Shown piece by piece: positions 55,050 to 64,000 of a DNA stretch of 64,000 bases. Under the pieces are notes generated by a model that did not search any database, had not been told where the DNA came from, and saw nothing but the letters and a program-made list of their open reading frames with translations. A program made the translations under genes and the position numbers. Within the stretch, counting starts at the first letter, position 1, and each line of letters starts with the position of its first letter. The stretch is from Octopus sinensis (taxonomy: Eukaryota): assembly GCF_006345805.1 (NCBI RefSeq), contig NC_043015.1, positions 4,898,001 to 4,962,000 on the forward strand, given 5' to 3'.

Positions 55050-55560
55050 ACATTCGATGGATTTTTCCACTGTTTGGCTTCTCTCTTTGTCTCTAGGTGG
55101 AACTTTTGTACACTACACGTCTCTTGGGTTGGAAATTTTTCAATGTAATTAGTTGGATCTGCCTCAAACAATGTCAGATTGTCCTGACATATAATGAGCT
55201 TGGTGTACTGTTGATCAGCTGTCAGAAGACATGACACCCCTCGAGCAGAAACATTTGTCATGCCAAGTTGATTGTGCTCAATATTCCCATATCTTTCACG
55301 GGATAAGCTACTGATATTCGCTATTTGAATTATCGTTAATCGCCTGTCATCCTACAACTTGGGGCAAACACGATCGACTTTTTCTTCAATGATGACAGTT
55401 ACTAGATGTCCAAACCTTAGGTCATCATTAAGACTCTACTTCCACTCATAAATTTAGTAATTTTGCACTGTTTCTAAAGCTGGAGTGTCATCCCCCAATG
55501 TAACACAATTATGTGAGCATCAATGTATTTGGGTGTTAAACCCTTCGTCTGCAGGTACTT
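55050..55560 (-). mobile_element. Mariner transposase relic, N-terminal half
   Basis: SLNDDLRFG, DDRRLTIIQIANISSLSRER..NIEHNQLGMTNVSARGVSCLLTADQ (WVPRLL motif decayed), LFEADP, FPTQETC (TQDE), ETKREAKQWK. Confidence 0.85.
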
Positions 55561-56199
55561 GATATCAGCACGGTGCTGTCCATTTTGAATGGAAATCGTT
55601 ACTGTCTACATTTGTAACGAAACTTACTATGAATATGAATAGTCAAAAATAAATGCATGCAAGAATTCAATGCTCTACAACTACTCCTTCAAAGTTAGCT
55701 TATGGACTTCTCATCCCATCCCCGTATGTGTTTATCTATGTAAATATTTATGCAATTAAATGCTTTCCTGAACAATTATATACTTTATTATCAAAGCACT
55801 GGAAAACACAAACGATGATGCAAAAATCAATAAATCCTGTCTGCATTGCTTCATATAACACAAACAGCTGAAGTTTAAAGAAGGTGATTATGTAACTTAC
55901 TTTAATTTTTTTTTCAATTGGTATCCTGCTCAGTAAATTACTAACAAATCTCACTAAAACGTTACAATATTATTTAAAAATATTTAAAAAACGTAGACAT
56001 TTACATTAAAAGACGTAGACCCGAAAAGTACTAACGAAAACTAAGCGGCAGAGGCTTTACATCGATCTAAAATGCCTTTCAATGTTGCATTATATACTTT
56101 CGGTAAAATATTTTAACTACGAAGTCTCGAAGTGCATCACTTAACCAAATTTGCATACATGAGTATGTTAACATCATAAGACTTAGAAAGGAGCTCCTT

Positions 56200-56820
56200 G
56201 AGCAACATTCCTTGTCTGATAACCTAAAAAACATTCCCAAAGAAGTCGTACGACTCTACCGCAACGTAACCTCAGATGCAAGGATGATCCTATATGAGCA
56301 GAAAACTATACATCAATATGTTAATAGAAAGCTCCAAAATAATAGTAACATTGATCATCAAAGCAGTATATCATTGACCAATAGCCGGATCATTAGCTCT
56401 CACTTTGAAGGGTATGCGTTTGCAATCCAGGAACAGGTAATATCAACCAAATACCCAATGCACAAAAGGATAGAGATTCAGAACATGCCAAAATATGTGA
56501 CAAACGATGCAGATTTTATGGAGGTAACACCGAAGTTATCATCCACATCGTAAGCAGTTGTCCGAAAATGTCGCCACGGTATTATCTACTGATGAGGCAT
56601 GATGTTCTAGCTGGGACACTCTATAACGAAATGCGTCAGAAGGAAAAAAAACACACAGCACGGGAGGAACCATAGTTCTTCATAATAAAAATGAGTACGG
56701 TGGAATGTCCTATTGAAAACCTCAGTAAAATATAAGCACAACAGATGTGATACAATGATTTAGGGTATCGGAGAGAAATCTGTACAGTTGTGGTAATTAG
56801 CTTCCCAGCGAATGTTGACA
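56200..56820 (+). mobile_element. R4-like RLE non-LTR relic
   Basis: SSHFEGYAFAIQEQVISTK, IHIVSSCPKMSPRYYLLMRHDVLAGTLYN (CCHC/RHD region). Confidence 0.7.
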
Positions 56821-56875
56821 TTTAATGTTCGTGCTAGTGAAGCGATAATCTTGTTGTGATTCTTATATACTTTAT

Positions 56876-57277
56876 AGCCAGGAGTGGCTGTGTGGTAAGT
56901 AGCTTGTTTACCAACCACATGGTTCCGGGTTCAGTCCCACAGCGTGGCACCTTGGGCAAGTGTCTTCTACAATAGCCTCGGGCCGACCAAAGCCTTGTGA
57001 GTGGATTTGGTAGACGGAAACTGAAAGAAGCCCGTCGTATATCTGTATATATATATATATGTGTGTGTGTGTATGTTTGTGTGAGTGTGTTTGTCCCCCT
57101 AGCATTGCTTGAAAACCGATGCTAGTGTGTTTAAGTCACCGTCACTTAGCGGTTCGGCAAAAGAAACCGATAGAATAAGTACTGGGCTTACAAAGAATAA
57201 GTCCTGGGGTCGATTTGCTCGACTAAATGTGGTGCCCCAGCATGGCCGCAGTCAAATGACTGAAACAAGTAAAAGAG
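56876..57277 (+). mobile_element. Near full-length CORE-like tRNA SINE (family S2; possibly octopus OR1/OR2-like)
   Basis: A box GTGGCTGTGTGGT, B box GGTTCAGTCCC, CORE-like CTTGGGCAAGTGTCTTCTAC, internal (AT)/(GT), tail GGTGCCCCAGCATGGCCGCAGTCAAATGACTGAAACAAGTAAAAGAG. The family name is from recall, not a search. Confidence 0.9.
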
Positions 57278-58032
57278 TATGCGTTACTCTTTTGCGGCAA
57301 TTCGGTGTTTCCCTCGTAGCTCTATGACACTTATGAGAAAGATAACTATTCAATTAAGATTCCGCTGGTTGTATACCTCACCGCTTTTGCTGCAGCATTC
57401 GGTATACCTTGAAAAAATATATGAAAATGTATTTCGTCTTTGTGAAATATGGATGTGAGATATGGATGAGATATGTGTCTCTTTGGCCTCACCACCGATT
57501 AGAAAAAAAAAAAACAGTTGCATCATTCTTCACGAACTAATGATTTTGTTTTTTGTTATTTTGTTTCGTGTGTCTTTGTTTGCTTGTCAGCATGTGTGTG
57601 TGCGCGCACGTGTCTACTTATCATTGAACTAACCATCCTGCGAATTACCCGGAAGGCATAGCGAGTAAAGGAATAAAACTACTTGGTGAAATGAAGGAAA
57701 GCAATGATATAGAGCATGCGTTTAATTAATGAATGTTTTTTTGTAGTTACCGGGCGTTAAAAAAAGTCATTGATTCCCATTCTATCGTGAAAGCAGTATT
57801 AAGACTAAGGAGTTTGAAAATCAAGCGACTCCACAATAATTTTTAGGAATATATCTCCTCAACAAGGATGATGGAAATACATCTTATAGAACTAATACAC
57901 GTATCCCACAAAAGTCGTCTGTTTATCGCAAACACAAAAATGCCTGACGCTCACAAAATATTTATAGGAGAATGCTCATAAGAGTTATTAAAAGAAATTT
58001 AAGCACTTTTCTCCCATATTACTTTCTCGTCT

Positions 58033-58436
58033 TTCTTTTATTTGTGTCAGTCATCTGACTGTGGCCATGCTGGAGTAACACATTTAGTCGAGCAAATCGA
58101 CCTCAGGACTTTGCAAGCCTAGTACTCATTATATCGTTCTCTCTTTCCGAACTGCTAAGTGACGGGGACATAAACACACTAGCATCGGTTGCCCAGCGAT
58201 GCTGGGGGACAAACCCATACACACAAACATATACATACACACTTATACACACATTCACAAACACACACACACATATATATAAGATGGGCTTCTTTCAGTT
58301 TCCGTCTACCAAATCAACTCACAAGGCTTTGGCCGGCCCGAGGCTATAGTAGAAGACACTTGCCCAAGGTGCCACGCAGTGGGACTGAACCCGGAACCAT
58401 GTGGTTGGTAAGCAAGCTACTTACCATACATTCACT
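58033..58436 (-). mobile_element. Near full-length SINE S2, inverted relative to the 56876 copy
   Basis: Reverse-complement match to 56876-57277 across head, core and tail. Confidence 0.9.
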
Positions 58437-58673
58437 CTAGCACCCATTTATTTACGTTTTGTTTTAAAAACTTTGTGACACTTATAATTTGGAATGAGGT
58501 TTTCGTATAATATTTATTGTGTCCACACGCTTTCGTTGTTCACCTCTGCGAGCAAATGCGTTATGAGAGTAATTAGTATAAAGTTTTTTCTAATAACATT
58601 GTGGACTATTACTCATTCTTGTAATGTATTACTGTCTTGGTTTTGTAGTTCACCATTGTCTTCTCTTATATTG

Positions 58674-58721
<48 letters not shown>

Positions 58722-58752
58722 ATATATATATATATATGTATGCATGTATATA

Positions 58753-58807
<55 letters not shown>

Positions 58808-59296
58808 ATTATATATATATATATTGTATTTTTCCATTTGCTTCATTGTCTAGACATTGCTTTCATGAAACATTTTTTGAAGATTGATTCTTAATTTACA
58901 GTTTCTCCACTTTTACACGTTTAATTAATATGATCATTTTATATTTCCTGTGAGTGTTCACCAACCGTTTTCGCTTAAAGATTTTACTATCCGCACATCA
59001 TCCAACGGAAGATGTATAGAATATGGAGCAGACAAAACTATTCCGTTCCTTGTTTTTATTCTGAGCAGAAATTAACAGAATTATATGTGGATGTTAGTGC
59101 GTATAATATCCAAAATATGAATAGAGTGAATTCAATATGAAAATATATAAATTATTTAGTTGACAGAACAAAACCGATATGACATTTGGAATAGGTGATT
59201 ACGTATAAATGACAAGGCTTGTGAACTCATATCGAACGGAGTGTAAGGTACAAATGACCATACTAAATTTAGTGTATATATATATATTATTATTTG

Positions 59297-59703
59297 CTTT
59301 TATTCGTTTTAGTCATTTGACTTCATCAATGCTGGAGCAAAAGTCTTAAGTCGAACAATTCGACTCCACAAAATATTTCTAAGCGTAATATATATCCTAT
59401 CGGTCTCTTTGTCGAACTGCTACGGGGTCATAAACTCACCAACACCGGGTGTCAAGCGGTGTTGGAGAGGCAGACACAGACACAGACACACACACATAAA
59501 CACAAACACATGCACGCACACACATATATATATATATATATAGTACGGGCTTCTTTCGGTTTACGTGTACCAAACCCACTCACAAGGTTTTCGTCGGCCC
59601 GACACTATACTAGATGACACTTGTGCAAGCTGTCACTTAGTGGGACTGAACCCGGAACCATGTGGTTGAGAAGTAAACTTCTTATCACACAGCTACGTCT
59701 GCG

Positions 59704-59705
<2 letters not shown>
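59297..59705 (-). mobile_element. SINE S2, more diverged
   Basis: GGGACTGAACCCGGAACCATGTGGTTG head on the plus strand; tail TTAGTCATTTGAC. Confidence 0.85.
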
Positions 59706-59768
<63 letters not shown>

Positions 59769-60141
59769 ATGACCTATTTATATATGATCATATAATACAA
59801 TTCTATATTGAAGAGATGAGGAATTATGTACATGTAAGTTTTATGGAATTTCTTCACAACATACATACACACACAAATATATAAGTATATATATACGACG
59901 GACTTCATTCAGTTTCCCTCTTCTAAACCAATTCAGAAGGCTTTTGTCGACTCGAGCGTATATAAAAGACAATTGGTTCTGGAAAAATGTGGTCAGGAAA
60001 CAAAGCCTTCATGACGTGACCTATCTCCGAGATGCATCTCTAAGTGAAAACGTTTAAAATAAGCACGTGAACATATTGTCCGTTAGAATTTGTGGTAAAA
60101 ATAGAAAGGACAACGTATTTCTATCGTTTTTGGGTTTTTTA

Positions 60142-60392
60142 TTTCTTGAACGGACCATTTTAACCGGTTCAAATGAATACGCTTGAAACGTTCCACGAGT
60201 TTCCTCAAACAAAATAAATTCATATACGTTCCTGACTCACAACTAACATTTGAAATAACGGCGGGAAAGGAACGTTTGACACCTTTTAGAGACAGGCAGA
60301 GAATCACATTTTTTTTTTCTTGAACAGACCATTTTAACCGGTTCAAATGAATACGCTTGAAACGTTCGCCGAGTTTCCTCAAACAAAATAAA

Positions 60393-60453
<61 letters not shown>

Positions 60454-60581
60454 GCAGTCACAGATTTATAAGTTCCTGACTCACAACTAACATTTGAAAT
60501 AACGGCATATTTATCGCCTTAGGTAACGGCGGGAAGAGAACGTTTGACACCTTCTAGAGACAGGCCCAGGATCACATTTTT
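60142..60581. repeat. Imperfect tandem duplication (174-bp copy followed by a longer copy)
   Basis: TTTCTTGAAC.GACCATTTTAACCGGTTCAAATGAATACGC at 60142 and 60316; both copies end ATCACATTTT. Confidence 0.9.
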
Positions 60582-61299
60582 GTATGTATGTATAAAACCT
60601 ACAAAATGTATTTTGAAACCATGTAATTCCATCCCAGTTAAACACAGAATAGTATTGAGAAATCATATATAAGCGTACTTTTAAATAACTAGACATATTT
60701 TACGTGGCCATTGTCACTTTCATTCAGCATAGTATAAAGGATATCTTTAGCTTTTCATTAGTTTTAGAAACTACTGAGAAAGGACAATATCCCGACCTTC
60801 TTCGATATAACAAAGAGAGAAACCTCTACGATGACCACCATTATTTTCATTATCACTGACCAGACAAATAATTCCCAACACCATTACTATCCTAGTCGTG
60901 GACGTCGTCATTATGATAACCATCAACATTAAGCTAATCATCTTTTAGTAATCGTTAGGCTGACCATCATAGCAATCATCGTCTCCTTACCATATCTCCC
61001 TCTTTTTATTCCTACCTTTCTTCCTGCTTCTCTTCACCCGTCATCATCATTTTAACTTCCACCAATTAATGATATCTTTTTTCTTACTATTTACTATTCT
61101 CAGCCTACTCAACATCATAATCATCACCACAAACATAATCAGCCTCAATAGCTTTTCATTTGATAGACGTTATCATGCTTAACTTCGTCGTTGCTATCTT
61201 GCTAGCCCCATCAACATCAGCATCAGCATGAGTAGGGGTAACATTACCGACATACTTCTCACTGTTGCTAAACCCATATTCTCCTATCCCATCATTATA

Positions 61300-61690
61300 A
61301 TCATCACTTTTTTTTATCATAATCCTCATCATAACCACCACCACCACTACCACCACCACCCCCACCACCATCGTCATCGTCGTCATCGCCTTCATCCTCA
61401 TTATCATCATCGCCATCATCATCACCTTGTTATTAAGATCATCTCAATGCTCCACCTACTTCTTGCTCATCCTCATCCTTCTGCCCTCATATAGTCCTGT
61501 TCCGCCTCCCCTGTTCCTCATCTTCAACGTTATCATCATCATCGTCATCATCATCAAATTATCATCATCATCATCATCACCATCATCAATTCATCATCAC
61601 CACCACCACCGCCTCCACCATCATCATCGTCGTCATCATCATCATCATCATCATCCTCACCATCATCATCATCATCATCATGTCCATTAC
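61300..61690. repeat. Decayed (CAT/CAC)n microsatellite
   Basis: Direct reading. Confidence 0.9.
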
Positions 61691-62103
61691 CAATGCAACT
61701 GCAAATATCACGAGCCACCGTTATCGCCATACCGACATCATAATTAACCTGAAATAAGCCTCATTACTGTGTAACGACAATAACGTCTCTGTCGAAAGAC
61801 ACAAAGTTATTTGCCACGCACCACTGCCGGATTATGAATCATCCTTCGTCTCGTCAAAATAATTGACAGTAAAATATCGATATAGATCATTGTTATGAAA
61901 TCTAACAGCTTTCACAATATTCGTGTCATTCATTTGCCATTCGTGCGTGTGTTATTTAATGGTTATTTGGAAAAGCAGAAAACTTAGCTTAGGAGAAAAC
62001 CGCTACGATGTTTCATATAATTTGGTATTGAGATTACGTACATACATACAAAGATACATACATTCTTAAGTACAAACACACACACATATGTATAGGTATA
62101 GAT

Positions 62104-62156
<53 letters not shown>

Positions 62157-62334
62157 GTGTGTATGTGTGTGTGTGTGTGTGTGTATGTGTGTATGTGTGT
62201 GTATATGAACAAAATAAATATGTTAACATAGAGATTGTGTTAATCTGTTAGATGGACAAATAGATAGATGGCATAAATATATGCATGTATATATAAATAT
62301 ATACACACCTACCTACACCATACACACACATATG

Positions 62335-62370
<36 letters not shown>

Positions 62371-62394
62371 CGTGCGCGCACACGTATATATACA

Positions 62395-62464
<70 letters not shown>

Positions 62465-63480
62465 GTATATACACGCACACAAGTATATAAAGATATAGAA
62501 AGAGTGGGAGAGAGAAATCATCCTGCTGGCTATGGAGAAAGAACGTTGAGTTAAGCTGGAAGCTACTAGATGCTTTAGGAGCGACTCCCTTGCTGACCAC
62601 CAAAATTGTGTATGCTATGGTTCGAGGTCAAACTCCGCGTTGATCGTTGGCTACTGCCTGACAACATCAATTTTACCTGTTCAAAATTACATTAGCCGTT
62701 AACCGTAGGAAAAGTATAGTCTTTTATATTTTTATAAATAATATTATAGATAGATGGCTACATAGGTAGATATAAGTAGATGAACTCGCCTCCGCGTGTG
62801 ATTGTGATTATGTGGGCGATACAATAATGGAAGCGCCTTTGTTGAAAGGGAAAAAAATGGTATGTTTTCTTAAACACTTCTTAGAAATCACCCCCGGTTT
62901 CCTTCAAAAATCATAAGCATAAAGCTTTTTGCTTGTATGTAATGCAGCTACAAATTACTCGATATTCGCTAGCTTAATTTATACATTTGATTTTGGCCCT
63001 GTATTATTAATTAAAGAATGTGAAATATACTCTATGTGAAAAATGTCCTGACTAAAAATGACGGAATTACCCTTTACGTTAAAAAATATAACAATGTAAG
63101 CACGCTAGTAATATGCTTTAGAGTGCGGAAATATATGAAGAATTCACTGATAATTTAGTGATAATTTTTAAAGAAATCATTCTTAGTAGTTGCCCAAGAA
63201 ATAGGCTGTCATCGCTACAGGTCCCTGAATTTGCATACTTGTGATTCTAAAACTAACCACTATATCTTAAACCCGGCTGCTACATGCAGTTACAAAATGT
63301 TCTAATATAAGCTTTAGAGGGAAAATCATGGACAGGTTTTTGTTGAGTGAGCGACAAAACATAATGCTTTTCTTAAGAGATTCTCTACTATTTTTGTCAC
63401 CCACCAAAGCACAGCAATTGAACATATAGTTTTCTGTAAGTATTTCCCTCAAAACAGATTAATGATATCTGAGCTATCAC

Positions 63481-63545
63481 AAGGCGGTGAGCTGGCAGAT
63501 CCAATTGCATGCCACACCAAATGCTTAGAGACATTTAGTCTGAGT
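63481..63545 (+). mobile_element. SINE S1 head fragment
   Basis: AAGGCGGTGAGCTGGCAGAT...AAATGCTTAG. Confidence 0.7.
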
Positions 63546-63643
63546 ACAAGACGTAAGAAAGAGAAGGTTTTAGTGCAGTTTCCTCGGACGGATATTTAAT
63601 CACAGATAATGAATAAAGAAATATATAAATCGAGTTTATCAAT

Positions 63644-63841
63644 AATTCCTTCTACTGTAGACACAAGGGCTGAAGTCGACTTCATTGATACCAGTGTTTC
63701 ACTGGTGCTTAGTTTATCGACCCCGAAAGGATGAAAGGCAAAGTCGACCTCGGTGGAATTTGAACTCAGAACACAAATACAGACGAAATGCCGTTAAACA
63801 TTTCGCCTGGCCTGGTAACGATACTGCCAGATCACCGCTTT
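63644..63841 (-). mobile_element. SINE S1
   Basis: ATCGACCCCGAAAGGATGAAAGGCAAAGTCGACCTCGGTGGAATTTGAACTCAGAAC...CTGCCAGATCACCGCTTT. Confidence 0.9.
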
Positions 63842-64000
63842 AGAGTCTGTCAATGATAACGTTCTATGAAACCAGTTCAATGATGTGAATTGTTACCTTA
63901 GTTCTGGCTGCCTGATTATATCCCAAATCGTCCATATCCACATTTATGCTCTGCATAGTGTGCACACTATATACATTCACCACTGAACACTGAACTACTC

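Noticed and set aside
56589-56630. CTGATGAG...CGAAAT motif
   Set aside because: Falls in the R4 coding relic (LLMRHD) and forms no helices; the CTGATGA hits at about 29006 and 33543 also lack a paired stem II or GAAA context.

Overview
AT-rich, microsatellite-saturated eukaryotic DNA, most likely intronic or intergenic sequence from a coleoid cephalopod (Octopus-like). The taxon is inferred from the SINE types and the extreme (AT)n/(AC)n/(AAT)n density, not proven. No host gene can be called with confidence; nearly all ORF-track entries are microsatellite read-through. What is supportable: about 20 tRNA-derived SINE copies or fragments of 3-4 families, five relics of RLE-type R4/Dong-like non-LTR elements, two Tx1/L1-like RT fragments, one CR1/L2-like LINE 3' end, three mariner transposase relics, a few small TIR elements, three local tandem duplications and a 100-N gap. 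The most interesting layer is a set of short unique islands embedded in (TA)n. Five short islands (four of them in (TA)n) carry minimal type I hammerhead-ribozyme motifs, one with an intact catalytic core (39858-39909). Three others are 180-225 bp fold-back palindromes, one of which is visibly an inverted duplication of the end of a relative of the hammerhead-bearing element, suggesting Penelope-like pseudo-LTR relics. The LINE 3' end shares a 21-nt identity plus a covarying hairpin with the tail of the CORE-like SINE, making it a candidate mobilising partner. A low-confidence chain of minus-strand exon candidates lies at 41.7-44.4 kb. All alignments and translations were done by eye; relic boundaries are approximate.
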